Of a stretch of 28,965 nucleotides of DNA, positions 15,952 to 25,288 are shown piece by piece. The stretch covers positions 1-28,965 of the IMG/VR virus record IMGVR_UViG_3300016476_000656; one strand, written 5' to 3'. Numbering within the stretch: position 1 is the first letter of the stretch; each line of letters opens with the position of its first letter. Both the position numbers and the translations under genes were made by a program. The notes under the pieces were generated by a model that saw only the letters and a list, made by a program, of their open reading frames with translations, ran no database searches and was not told the DNA's origin. The stretch comes from a virus (Duplodnaviria > Caudoviricetes).

Positions 15952-16285
15952 GGGGCTTGGGCTTGGAAACCTTCTCGACCTCTCGGTCTGCCCGGGCCTT
16001 GACCCAGCGGAGCAGCGCGTCGAGGGCTTCGGGCGATGCGTAAGAGACTGCCCCGATGGCGCCCATGCGCAGGCCCGGGGAGGAGATGTAGTCCTGCACC
16101 GCGTAGCCCACGACCACTGCGGTGATCGCGGCGGCGAGGACACGGCGAGCCACCCAGCCCCAGGTCTGCTTCTCGGTGGAGAGCAGGAGCCGGGCGCACA
16201 TGGACAGGCCGCCGATGACCGAGGCCACCACCCCATCACGGACTTCCTTAGGGATGGACTCCGGGTCGATAGGGCTTGTGCTCAT
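15923..16285 (-). CDS. Holin (probable)
   Basis: About three TM segments and a highly basic C-terminus (KPHGKAKRRRK). ATG 16285 overlaps the upstream stop. Confidence 0.7.
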   Translation of the reverse strand: MSTSPIDPESIPKEVRDGVVASVIGGLSMCARLLLSTEKQTWGWVARRVLAAAITAVVVGYAVQDYISSPGLRMGAIGAVSYASPEALDALLRWVKARADREVEKVSKPKPHGKAKRRRK

Positions 16286-17034
16286 TCCTGGGGAGCCTTC
16301 GGTTTGCGGATGAAGCGCCACGACTTGACGGCCACGACGGCGGCGAGGTTAAGGGCGAGGAAACCGAGCGTGCCGAAGAGCACCCACTCGGACTTGTCCC
16401 CGCCGAAGAAGTCGATGAGGGGTCTGGCGGTCGCCGCGACGAGGACGCCTGCTCCGATCGTGAGGCCAGCCACCCACTTCTGGATGCCAAGCAGGTGACC
16501 GAAGAGCAGGGCTACGACGCCGAGGGCGATGGCGTAGGAGCCGTATTCGGTGAGGGTCTGAGCGGACTGCGTGAGGCTGGCCTGCTTGTCGGCCTCGGCC
16601 TTGTCCCTGCGTGCTTGCTCGGCTTCGGCCTGAGCCTTGATGCGTGCGAGCTTCTCGGCCTCGACCTTCTTCTCAAGCTCGTCGGTCTTCTTGTCGAGGG
16701 CGACCTTCTCCGCCCGGATGGCCGCGAGCATCTTCTCGTCAGGCTTGGCCACCAGTGCGCGGAAGTGCTCGACCGACTTGGCCGTGGGTTCACCTGAAAG
16801 GGAGGCCAGCCCCTGCGTCGCGGAGTCGTAGAGGTTAAGCGCCGAGGCGGGACCGGACAGCGAGGGGCGGATGGCCGTGTAAATGGAAAGGTTCTCCGCC
16901 ACCTCGTCCTGCCACACTTTGAGGAGCGTGGTCTGCTGGGCAGGGGCAGGCGGAGGAACCTGCGGAAGCGGAGCCGGAGCCTTGGGCGTGGAGCACCCAG
17001 CCATCAGCAGGCAGATGACCAGGAGCAGGCGCAT
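16282..17034 (-). CDS. Lipoprotein with coiled coil and C-terminal TM helices (spanin-like)
   Basis: Lipobox LMAG-C, Pro-rich linker, heptad stretch and three hydrophobic C-terminal segments; next to the holin. Confidence 0.6.
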   Translation of the reverse strand: MRLLLVICLLMAGCSTPKAPAPLPQVPPPAPAQQTTLLKVWQDEVAENLSIYTAIRPSLSGPASALNLYDSATQGLASLSGEPTAKSVEHFRALVAKPDEKMLAAIRAEKVALDKKTDELEKKVEAEKLARIKAQAEAEQARRDKAEADKQASLTQSAQTLTEYGSYAIALGVVALLFGHLLGIQKWVAGLTIGAGVLVAATARPLIDFFGGDKSEWVLFGTLGFLALNLAAVVAVKSWRFIRKPKAPQE

Positions 17035-17037
17035 GGC

Positions 17038-17169
17038 TTACTTGCCCTTGAGGGCGTCGAGGAGGTTCTTGCCCTTGGCTTCCAGCTCGCTGGCCTTGGC
17101 GGCGTGCTTGCGGAAGACGAGGGCGCCGGCGACGAAGCCGACGAGGAGGGCGAGGATGTGGGTGATCAT
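17038..17169 (-). CDS. 43-aa membrane-anchored protein
   Basis: MITHILALLVGFVAGALVFRKHAAKASELEAKGKNLLDALKGK. ATGA-coupled, strong codon bias. Confidence 0.75.
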   Translation of the reverse strand: MITHILALLVGFVAGALVFRKHAAKASELEAKGKNLLDALKGK

Positions 17170-17357
17170 TGGGAGATGAGTTCGACTTTGACGAGAGGGC
17201 CGAGGTCGGCGGGGGTGATGGGCTCGGAGAAGTGAAACTCACCGATGGCTCCGCCGTACTGCTCGAAGACAGGGCCAGCTTCGCCAAAGATAGCATTACG
17301 GAGCTCTTCCCAACTTGCGACCTTGATGGCGATGGCGGTGACTTTGTAGCGATACAT
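17166..17357 (-). CDS. Small hypothetical protein downstream of the tail fibre
   Basis: ATG 17357 lies immediately after the fibre stop. Confidence 0.6.
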   Translation of the reverse strand: MYRYKVTAIAIKVASWEELRNAIFGEAGPVFEQYGGAIGEFHFSEPITPADLGPLVKVELISQ

Positions 17358-17358
17358 C

Positions 17359-20271
17359 TTAGTAGTTAAGGATGGCGGCACGGCCTCCGCGGAAATAAGA
17401 AGTGCAATTGCCGAACGAGGGAGCGCCAGTCGTCCAGGCTTCTTCACGCCACCAAGCATAAGTTCCTGCGCTTTGGTAGCCCGTAGGGCCGGCGTTAGAG
17501 GTGGCGACCTGACTTCCGTTGATGTAAAGGGTCACGTTGCCTGCGCCGTCGGAATACAGATCCCAGTCGAAAGCGATTTCCTGAGTGACGGCGAAGGATG
17601 ACTGGACGGTCGTCTGTGTGGTTCCGTTGTGGACGACCAGATTGACGAAGCGAGAACCAGCGCCACCAGACCAGCGCCAGCCGAAGCCACGGCGAGTAAG
17701 GTCACCGATGGCGTCGCCTTCGACCTTGCCGTAGTAGAAAGCCTGATTGAACGTAGAATCCGTAAGGAGGACGAAAGAACCGGCACGGCCTGAGAGGTAG
17801 GTCTTCCTGTTGAAGTTGATGTTGGATGCCCAGTTCTCTCGGAAAAGGAACGGCGAGACTTGGTCAACCTGAGAAGCACCGAACGGACGACCGATTACGG
17901 AACTAGCGGCGGTGGCGTTCAGTCGGGAGTTGGTCGTGATGCTGCCGACCTGATTCCACTGAGGAGTCCCGGTCGTGGTGTAAGTAAAGTTGGTTCGGTC
18001 GATGTCGATGTAGTCCTGAGACATCAGCGCCCAGATTTCATTGAGCGGAGGGCTAATCTTCGTGGCGTTCGTAAACTTACGCGTCTCAGTGAGAGTGGCA
18101 ACAGTCGGCACGGCGGCGGTCACGAAGGCCGTCGTCGCGATCTGCGTGGTGTTCGTGCCAGCCGTGGCGGTCGGAGCGGTCGGGGTTCCCGTCAGGGCAG
18201 GCGATGCCAGCGGAGCGCGGGTCGTGTCGGTCGGGTGAACGTGGTCCTGACGAGCGTAGCGGAGGGACGTTCCGACGGCGGCGGTTCCGTCCACCAGCGG
18301 GGTGGCCGAGCCAGCCTGACCAACGACGTAGGCCGTGGTCGCGAGGGCCGTGCTGTTCGTATCGGCGGCGACCGTCACGCCGTTGGTCGTGCCCTGGAGC
18401 GTGGTCGTCGAGGTGCCCGTCGTCGAACCGATGGTAATGTTCGTGGTCGAACCAGCGACGCCGGAGGTGCCGATGTTGACCGTCTTGGTCGAGCCGCTGA
18501 TGGTCGCACCAGTGGCAAGGTTGACCGTGCCCGTGGCCGTCGAGTTTCCGTAGGTCGAACTCGCGTTCGTGAAAGTATTATTGGCCGAGAGTTGAGCCGA
18601 GTTGCCTTGAAGAGCAACGGCTTGACTGAATCCATTGATACGCACCCACAGATTTCCTGTCGTCGTCCACAGGTCGCCGTCAGTCGGCGTGGTCGGGGAA
18701 GTTCCGTGAGGCAGGCGGAAGCCAGCGCCAGCGGTGGTCGAGGCGACCGTGTTGACCTTGCCGGTGAAGGTAGCGCCAGACAGCAGGGCATAGGGCGTCA
18801 GCGCCGAGGACGTGATGAATCCAGAAGGATTGCCCGACAGCGGGTAGAAGTTAGCCGTGACCCAGGACTGCTCGGCCACCGTCTCGGTGACGCCGTTCAG
18901 GCGGACTTGGAGGTCGGTCGTGGTCGTCCAGACGTCGCCGTTGACCGGGGAGGTCGGGCTGACACCGGGGACGATACGCAGGCCGGCGGAGCCAGTCACG
19001 GAAGCCGGGGTCGAGACGAGGCCGGTGAACGTAGCACCAGCCAGCGGAGCGTAGGGCGAGAGCGCCGAGGACGTGATATAACCCGAAGGGTTCGTCAGCG
19101 GGTAGTAGGTCGAGGCCGCAGCCGAGGTCGTCAGATAGGACGACATGCCCGCAATGGTCTGGTAGGTCGAAGCCGCCGTCGAGCTGAGGAGGTAGGGCGA
19201 CAGGGCGGCCGACGTGATGTAGCCCTGAGACGTAACCCAAGACTCGGTCGCGTAGCCCGAAAGAGCAGCCGAGGTGATGTAGCCCTGAGACGTGACGAAG
19301 GACTCGGTCGCATAGCCAGTCAGCGCGGAGGCCGTGATGAATGCGTCCGGGTTCGTGTTCAGGTAGTAGGTCGTGGCCGCGTCGGCGGTCGTCAGGTACG
19401 ACGACATTCCCGCGATCGTCTGGTAGGTCGAAGCCGCGTCGCTCGTTTCGAGCTTGGCGTTCAGCGCCGTGGCAAGGTCGGTCTGGTCGCCAAGCACCCC
19501 GAGGATTTCGCCCCACTCGACGGTCTGAAGCGGAACGATGCCGCCCACGTTGACCGTCCAAGCGGAGTAGGTTCCCGAGCCCGTGTGGTTCTGCACGTCC
19601 ACCGTCATCGCACCCGTGCCGGAGTTGTAGGCCGTGACCTTGCCGTGCATGTGATGCAGGGTCGGGTCGCTGGTCAGCGAGATGGTGACGTCCTGGTTCG
19701 GGGTGTACGCGAGGCCCGTGCCGATGGTCAGGTTCTTGATTCCGTTGCTGACCGTCAGGCTGGAGGTCGAGGTCGTGACGTAGCGGTCGCCCGGGATGAG
19801 GGTCTGGAACGTGGCATCGTAGGCCGTGCCTGAGTTCTTGACCAGGACCTGACCAACGGTGCCTCCAGTGGGCAGGCCAGCCGCGATCGGGGCGTAAGTA
19901 GACGCGGCAGAGGCCGTCGTCAGGTAGGCCGTCATGCCCGACAAGGGCTGATAGGTAGAGGCCGCCGTGGCGCTGGTGATGTAGGGGACGAGCGCCGTGG
20001 AGGTGATGAAGCCGTTCGGATTGCTCGCGTCGTACTTCGAGCTCAGGGCGGTCCAGAGGTCCCCTTGCGCCGACAACGTGCCGACGATGCTACCCCACGT
20101 GCCCCCTTCTCCGGGAGGTCCGGGTGGGCCTTGAATCCCTTGGGGCCCTTGTATCCCCTGCGGCCCGGGCACGCCGACGCTACCCGACAGGGTGCCAGGG
20201 ACGGCGCCGACGATGGAGCCTGAGATGGAACCGAAGGTGCTTTCGGTCGAGGTGATGGTTCCGAAGGGCAT
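17359..20271 (-). CDS. Tail fibre / receptor-binding protein
   Basis: Collagen GXY run, many Y(I/L)T..AASTY repeats, APLASPALTGTPTAPT fibre motif and a beta-rich C-terminal domain. Confidence 0.88.
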   Translation of the reverse strand: MPFGTITSTESTFGSISGSIVGAVPGTLSGSVGVPGPQGIQGPQGIQGPPGPPGEGGTWGSIVGTLSAQGDLWTALSSKYDASNPNGFITSTALVPYITSATAASTYQPLSGMTAYLTTASAASTYAPIAAGLPTGGTVGQVLVKNSGTAYDATFQTLIPGDRYVTTSTSSLTVSNGIKNLTIGTGLAYTPNQDVTISLTSDPTLHHMHGKVTAYNSGTGAMTVDVQNHTGSGTYSAWTVNVGGIVPLQTVEWGEILGVLGDQTDLATALNAKLETSDAASTYQTIAGMSSYLTTADAATTYYLNTNPDAFITASALTGYATESFVTSQGYITSAALSGYATESWVTSQGYITSAALSPYLLSSTAASTYQTIAGMSSYLTTSAAASTYYPLTNPSGYITSSALSPYAPLAGATFTGLVSTPASVTGSAGLRIVPGVSPTSPVNGDVWTTTTDLQVRLNGVTETVAEQSWVTANFYPLSGNPSGFITSSALTPYALLSGATFTGKVNTVASTTAGAGFRLPHGTSPTTPTDGDLWTTTGNLWVRINGFSQAVALQGNSAQLSANNTFTNASSTYGNSTATGTVNLATGATISGSTKTVNIGTSGVAGSTTNITIGSTTGTSTTTLQGTTNGVTVAADTNSTALATTAYVVGQAGSATPLVDGTAAVGTSLRYARQDHVHPTDTTRAPLASPALTGTPTAPTATAGTNTTQIATTAFVTAAVPTVATLTETRKFTNATKISPPLNEIWALMSQDYIDIDRTNFTYTTTGTPQWNQVGSITTNSRLNATAASSVIGRPFGASQVDQVSPFLFRENWASNINFNRKTYLSGRAGSFVLLTDSTFNQAFYYGKVEGDAIGDLTRRGFGWRWSGGAGSRFVNLVVHNGTTQTTVQSSFAVTQEIAFDWDLYSDGAGNVTLYINGSQVATSNAGPTGYQSAGTYAWWREEAWTTGAPSFGNCTSYFRGGRAAILNY
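19201..19320 (-). repeat. 60-bp tandem duplication within the tail fibre gene
   Basis: Lines 19201 and 19261 are near-identical (GYATES[FW]VTSQGYITSAAL twice). Confidence 0.9.
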
Positions 20272-20274
20272 GGC

Positions 20275-20586
20275 TTAGGCGGTGACGGTTTCCTCCACGA
20301 TCACGCGGAAGAGCTCAGAGTGGGACGTGCCGGAGGGGAACACGAACTTGATGTCCCAGCGGTAGGGTCCGAGTTCCCACGCGGCGGTGGAGCCGGAGTA
20401 GGACACGGTGAAGGACAGGCCGTCCACGGCCTTGGTCACGGTCAGCGGGTACTCCGTGCCGCACTTGTCCTTGATGGTCGATGTCAGGGTCGTGCTCAGC
20501 AGGTTAGCGGGGCCGGTCTCACCCGGAGTCCAGGCGAAGGTGCAGGCGAAAGTATTACCCTGCTGGAAGTACGCCGTGTTCGACAT
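20275..20586 (-). CDS. Small beta-sandwich structural protein (BppU N-terminal-like fibre adaptor)
   Basis: QGNTF...WELGPYRWDIKF pattern; directly upstream of the fibre. Confidence 0.6.
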   Translation of the reverse strand: MSNTAYFQQGNTFACTFAWTPGETGPANLLSTTLTSTIKDKCGTEYPLTVTKAVDGLSFTVSYSGSTAAWELGPYRWDIKFVFPSGTSHSELFRVIVEETVTA

Positions 20587-20589
20587 AGG

Positions 20590-20616
20590 TATACCTATTG
20601 TGGCGGATTTCGGGTT
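20590..20616 (-). promoter_or_regulatory. Late-promoter-like motif, copy 1
   Basis: AACCCGAA-ATCCGCCA-CAATAGGTATA then CCT-ATG. Confidence 0.7.
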
Positions 20617-20623
20617 TTATCCG

Positions 20624-21127
20624 TCAGAAGGCGGTAAGGTTGCCGATTGATACCACGTCCCCTGCGTCTGGCTCGTTTAGGGTAGGTCCAGACCAGACTT
20701 GACGGTATTCATCCCATAGGGTCGAGGTGATTGTCGTCGTGCGTCCGTCGGTGAAGGCGATGGTGGCGCCTGTCATCACTGCCTTGGCTTCGTCAGTCAC
20801 GGCATAACTCTCGAACCCTGTCGGACTTCCAGCCTTCGCCTGAGGGGGTTGAGCCCAGATACGATTGCCACCGATAAATGGCGGGAATGAAACCGTGAAT
20901 ACTTGGTTCCAGATGGTCGGCTGGACCTCGTCTGTTGCGCCAGCGGACAGCGGCCTTGGACGCCAGCGAATGAGTCCTGAGCCTGAGGCCGATGCCTTCT
21001 GGCCTGATCCGTAGGTGATGTGGTAGTCGCCTAGGTCCGTGACGTCGTAGTTCTGCTGGAGGCACCAGACGCAACGGAACTTGCCCCACGTTGACGTCGC
21101 TGTTGCGCTGCCTACTCCTGTGGCCAT
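20624..21127 (-). CDS. Hypothetical tail-associated protein
   Basis: TGATG overlap with the upstream gene; tail module position. Confidence 0.65.
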   Translation of the reverse strand: MATGVGSATATSTWGKFRCVWCLQQNYDVTDLGDYHITYGSGQKASASGSGLIRWRPRPLSAGATDEVQPTIWNQVFTVSFPPFIGGNRIWAQPPQAKAGSPTGFESYAVTDEAKAVMTGATIAFTDGRTTTITSTLWDEYRQVWSGPTLNEPDAGDVVSIGNLTAF

Positions 21128-22950
21128 CAGATTCGGGCGTAGTAGTAGGTCGCCGTGGCCGAGCCGAGCTTGATGCGGTCAGCCCACAGGGAGCCGGTGA
21201 CGAACTGGGTGACGGAGCCGTCGGGGTTGATGTCGGCCACCTTGACGTAGCCGAACGAATTGGTGTCCGCAGGCATGGTCGCCGCGATCTCCCACTTGAA
21301 GTCCGTGTTGTTGGCCGGGAAGGTGCTCGAAGCGAACGGCAGCTTGAGGTAGACGTAGTAAGCGCCGGTGGCCACGGTGATGGGCGTGCCGACTCCGTTC
21401 GGGACGAGGTTGTTGACCGTGCCAGAGATGATGGAGTAGGTGGAGTTGCCTGCCGACTCTCCGTCGAAGATGACCTTGAAGGGGTGCATAGAGTCGGGGG
21501 TAGGCTCTTCGGTGCATCCGGCCACGATGGTGTAGTCGGGCTTGACGCTGGTCATGGCGTTCAGATTCTGCATTCCATCAGTGGTCACGTCCCCAGAGAA
21601 GCCGGTGCAGCCGAGCACATCGGCGCGGTTATTGATGTCCTTCCACGCCGGGCTTCCGTCCTTGTTGAGATTGTATGGGTCTTCGGCCTCGGTCACGCCT
21701 GCCTTGTTCATCAGCTGGGACATACCGAACTGCTGCGCGATCGTAAGGTCGAGCGTGCCGGTATGGTATTGGATGATGTTCAGGTCGTAGGCATAGCTCG
21801 TGACGGAACCCGTGTTGATGGTCAATGGAGGTACTGCAATGCCCTGCAATTGATTGACGAAGGTGACGTAGTAGACGGAGTCGGAATACTTGGAAACCTC
21901 GACGTTCCCGACCATCGTGAACGGCGTGTCGTTGCCAGGGATAAGGAAAGCAGTGATGGACTCAAGGCAGGCTTTCAGCGTCAGCTCGTTGGAATAGACA
22001 GGAACGGTAGCGCTGTAGAAGTTCGTCACCGGGAACGGCACCGTAGAAGTGAAACCTCCGCAGGTGATGGTGACTGCCCCGCCAGAAGGGTTTCCGTCGA
22101 ACTTAATCTTTTGGATCATGTTCGTGAAACCGACGACGGCTGGCTGGACGATGCTGGACGAGGCGGTGAACGTAGGGCTTGCCAGGGCGTTGACCTGAGC
22201 GATTGCCTTGTAGTTGTAGCCGAATCTACGCGGATTGAACCAAGTGGTATGGCAGTGCCCCCAGTCGCCAGGAAGGCCGGTATCGGCGGCGGCATATCCC
22301 TCCATCTTCTGCACGTTCATCGTGTTCTCGTAGATGGAAGGACCTGTGCCCTTCTGAATCTTGGCGTCGTCGGTGGTGTTGTCGGACGTAATGATGGCCA
22401 GCGTAGGCAGTCCTGTATTCACTACCGCGCTCGCGTCAAAAGGAGTCACGCCAGGCTGTACGTCCCACTTGAATCCGTAGAGCGTGTATGCCGTAAGCGT
22501 GTCTGGAATCTTATAGCCTCCGCCATCTTCCATCCAGAAGAAGGCTTCTCCGTCAGGGTCACTCTCAGGCGCAGCGCCAGGGTAGACGTTGGACGACCTC
22601 ATTCCAGTCGGACAGATCTGCACCTTGCTGGCCTCGGCCTGACCGAGCTGAGTGAAGGCTCCGTCATAGATGACAGGCATATTCGTCCCGCTGTAGGCGA
22701 TGCTGCCCTTGGCGATCTGCAGGAACCGCTCGCCGTTGACCGACACGATACGGCACTGGAACGGGGCGGGACGGTTTACGGCCAGAGGACTGTTGACCAA
22801 CTGCTCTGGGATGCGCGGCGGAGGGACAGGGAACTGAACGCCTAGGTAGACTCCGTCGCCCATTGGTGGCGTCCACGGCTTCTGGATGTCCAGGCTGTAT
22901 CCGCTGGACGATGCGCTGAATCCGTATCCGTTCCCGGGTTGGAGGCTCAT
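21127..22950 (-). CDS. Tail tip / baseplate-like protein
   Basis: 607 aa, beta-rich, second gene after the tape measure. Confidence 0.6.
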   Translation of the reverse strand: MSLQPGNGYGFSASSSGYSLDIQKPWTPPMGDGVYLGVQFPVPPPRIPEQLVNSPLAVNRPAPFQCRIVSVNGERFLQIAKGSIAYSGTNMPVIYDGAFTQLGQAEASKVQICPTGMRSSNVYPGAAPESDPDGEAFFWMEDGGGYKIPDTLTAYTLYGFKWDVQPGVTPFDASAVVNTGLPTLAIITSDNTTDDAKIQKGTGPSIYENTMNVQKMEGYAAADTGLPGDWGHCHTTWFNPRRFGYNYKAIAQVNALASPTFTASSSIVQPAVVGFTNMIQKIKFDGNPSGGAVTITCGGFTSTVPFPVTNFYSATVPVYSNELTLKACLESITAFLIPGNDTPFTMVGNVEVSKYSDSVYYVTFVNQLQGIAVPPLTINTGSVTSYAYDLNIIQYHTGTLDLTIAQQFGMSQLMNKAGVTEAEDPYNLNKDGSPAWKDINNRADVLGCTGFSGDVTTDGMQNLNAMTSVKPDYTIVAGCTEEPTPDSMHPFKVIFDGESAGNSTYSIISGTVNNLVPNGVGTPITVATGAYYVYLKLPFASSTFPANNTDFKWEIAATMPADTNSFGYVKVADINPDGSVTQFVTGSLWADRIKLGSATATYYYARI

Positions 22951-22953
22951 GGC

Positions 22954-23868
22954 TTAGAGGACGCTGCCTCTGGGGTATACTTCCTGCGGCCAGCCCTGCA
23001 CGCTATAACGCACCTCATAGTTCACCTTGTAGAGCGAACCGAAATCCTGCACGTTCACCTGCGATAGGAGCAACTGGTCATATTCTCCGTTCTCAGGGGA
23101 AGAAGTCCAAGACGTTCCAGCATAGGTCGGGATGATGTACGGCAGCTTGTCGAACCAGTTGTTGTTGTCGGACGTGCTGTTCAGCAGGTTCAACGCCTGG
23201 TTAACCTTGGATGTCTCAGTCGTGTAGAAGTGGCCGGAGAAGGAGCTCGTAGGGGCAAGGTAGTTGGTCTTGCCGTAGAAGTGCTTGAAGGCAGGATTGA
23301 CGAAGCCGATGAACCGACCGCCCTGCGCGTCCTCGAAGCAGGCGCCGTTATTGCCGACGTAAGATTGCTTCTTGTTAACGACCGCGACAGTGCTTCCGGT
23401 GACGATCTGGATGAAGTCTGCAGGATTCTTGATTTCGACCAGAGGGCCGATGGGAGACTGTGTGAACGGAGGAGCACCGGCGATATGGGCACCGTAGCCG
23501 TCACCGCCGTCAGTGAAGAAGTTCGGGTTGGTCGTGATGTTCTCAGCCGTCAGGCCGTTCGCGGCAGAGACCTCAGGGTTGGTCACCTGTCCGCTGTTCA
23601 CGCTCGGGTCGATGCCGATGTAGTCCACGCTGATCGTGGCGATGCCGAGCGCTTCCCAGCTGATGGAGTACTTATGCAGCTTGAGGAAGCTGTAGGCCGG
23701 GTCTGGGTGCGGAGTGCCGCGCATCAGGAACGCCGTCAAGGACGCCGTGTGGTCGCACTTGTAGCGGGTCGTCGAAGTCATCAGGCCGTAGCCGTCAGAG
23801 CTGACCGTCCATCCAGCCTGGATGACAGGGGTGACGAGGTTGTTTCCTTTTTCTACGAGGTTGGGCAT
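22954..23868 (-). CDS. Tail protein (distal tail position)
   Basis: Directly after the tape measure gene; call rests on synteny only. Confidence 0.55.
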   Translation of the reverse strand: MPNLVEKGNNLVTPVIQAGWTVSSDGYGLMTSTTRYKCDHTASLTAFLMRGTPHPDPAYSFLKLHKYSISWEALGIATISVDYIGIDPSVNSGQVTNPEVSAANGLTAENITTNPNFFTDGGDGYGAHIAGAPPFTQSPIGPLVEIKNPADFIQIVTGSTVAVVNKKQSYVGNNGACFEDAQGGRFIGFVNPAFKHFYGKTNYLAPTSSFSGHFYTTETSKVNQALNLLNSTSDNNNWFDKLPYIIPTYAGTSWTSSPENGEYDQLLLSQVNVQDFGSLYKVNYEVRYSVQGWPQEVYPRGSVL

Positions 23869-23872
23869 TGTG

Positions 23873-24751
23873 TTATTTGAGGACTGCGGACACGGCCTTC
23901 GGGTTCTGGGTGGACATCCAGCTGGTGCCCTTGACCGTGTTGCTGTTCACGAGTTGCTCGAGAAGGCGGTTGGCCGTCCGCTGTTCTTCGAGCTGAGAGT
24001 TCATGGCCTCGAGCACCGGGTTGGCGCCGACGCCGATCACGTTGCCGAAACCTTCAGGTCCTTTGAATGTGGTGGCCATGCTATCGACCTCCTTCTGCGC
24101 ACGGACTTGGGCTTCGGCTGCGGCCTTCTGGGCGGCAAGGGCTTCTTCCTCCTTCTTCTTCGCGGCGATCTCAGGGCCGAACTTCTCGGCGTCCCGGGCG
24201 GCGGAACGCTCCTGGGCAATCTTCTGGATGTCCTCGTTGGCGGCGGCGTTGTTGATGCCAAGGTACATCCCGACGCCTTCGATGAATCCTCCGAAGGACT
24301 GCTTACGCTTCATGAACTCGGAGATGATTGCGTCGCCTTCACCGCCGAAGCCTAGGAAACCGCCTTGGCTCATGGCCTTCTTGGTTTCCTCCTCAGCCCC
24401 GACCTTGGCCAGCTCGCGCTCCTTCTGCTCCTGCTCGCGTCGGGCGTTCTCCCGGGCGAGCTGAGTCTGGCCTGCAGTGACGAACTTGGACTCTCCCTTC
24501 GTGGCAAGGTCTCGGGCGTCTTGGATGCGCTGCTGATTCTTCTCGATGGCCGAGGAGATCATGTTCATGGCGCCGTTGAGCAGGACCATCGGCGCGGCGA
24601 ACGAAAGGAACAGGTCCTTGCCGAAGGACTTGAACTTGTTCTCCACGCCTTGGATGTTCTTCTCCAGGGTGGAGATGGACTTCTTGACCTTGTCCGTGAC
24701 CTGATCGACGTTGGTTTCTCCGTCGAGACTGAACTTAACAGAGTTGCTCAT
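23873..24751 (-). CDS. Short tape measure protein (probable)
   Basis: All-helical A/E/K/Q-rich sequence with a hydrophobic patch; follows the tail tube and chaperone genes. Confidence 0.65.
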   Translation of the reverse strand: MSNSVKFSLDGETNVDQVTDKVKKSISTLEKNIQGVENKFKSFGKDLFLSFAAPMVLLNGAMNMISSAIEKNQQRIQDARDLATKGESKFVTAGQTQLARENARREQEQKERELAKVGAEEETKKAMSQGGFLGFGGEGDAIISEFMKRKQSFGGFIEGVGMYLGINNAAANEDIQKIAQERSAARDAEKFGPEIAAKKKEEEALAAQKAAAEAQVRAQKEVDSMATTFKGPEGFGNVIGVGANPVLEAMNSQLEEQRTANRLLEQLVNSNTVKGTSWMSTQNPKAVSAVLK

Positions 24752-25284
24752 GGCAGTTTTTCAAGTGAGTCGATGAGGGCTTCGTCCTCGGTGGTGAGCA
24801 CCTTGAGGTCGGCGCCCTTGCTGATTGCGAAGGTGCAGTTGAGCCAGATAGCCTGGCACTCCGGCATCGTCCATGCGCGTTCTTCTGGGATGCCGTTGGA
24901 GATTAGCGAGGCCACGACCGTCAGGACCCAAGGGGTGCCGCTGGTCTCGCTGGCCTTCGCTCGCTTCTCCCAGAACTTAGGCCACGCCTCGATGAGAACG
25001 TGCTGAGAGAACCGCTCGACCTGTTCTGCGAAGTAGTCTTGGTTCGCAGTCATCTTACCAAGGTGCCAGGAGTCCCTCCAGGTCAGTTTGTCGATGCGCT
25101 CACCGGCGCAGATCTTGACGGCCACCAGCAGGTCCACCGGGCGGACGCGGGTTCCAGACCTTACGAGAGGGCTTTCGGCTGCTTCCAGTTTCACCCGGTG
25201 AAGCAGGCAGAACGGAGAAACAAAACGGCCCAGGATCTTAGTCTTTCCTGGGTCCGTGAAAGCGGATGTGAACCGCTTATCCAT
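24748..25284 (-). CDS. Tail assembly chaperone (probable)
   Basis: Between the tail tube and tape measure genes; GIPEERAWTMP resembles chaperone C-termini. Confidence 0.55.
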   Translation of the reverse strand: MDKRFTSAFTDPGKTKILGRFVSPFCLLHRVKLEAAESPLVRSGTRVRPVDLLVAVKICAGERIDKLTWRDSWHLGKMTANQDYFAEQVERFSQHVLIEAWPKFWEKRAKASETSGTPWVLTVVASLISNGIPEERAWTMPECQAIWLNCTFAISKGADLKVLTTEDEALIDSLEKLP

Positions 25285-25288
25285 GCGC

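Noticed and set aside
19000-20050. Repeats as a CRISPR array or DGR template/variable pair
   Set aside because: They are in-frame coding repeats with synonymous differences. No spacers, no adenine-specific variation and no reverse transcriptase.
20585-20598. 14-bp palindrome ATAGGTATACCTAT as an operator
   Set aside because: Present in only one of the three late-motif copies, so treated as incidental to that motif.
17860-22845. Long plus-strand ORFs (657 aa and 584 aa), and similar ones at 2712, 14350 and 27462
   Set aside because: Stop-poor antisense frames caused by GC-rich codon bias of the real genes; R/G/V-rich with no motifs.
24748-25284. Programmed frameshift in the tail chaperone
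   Set aside because: A single ORF fills the gap and no convincing slippery heptamer with a second frame was seen.
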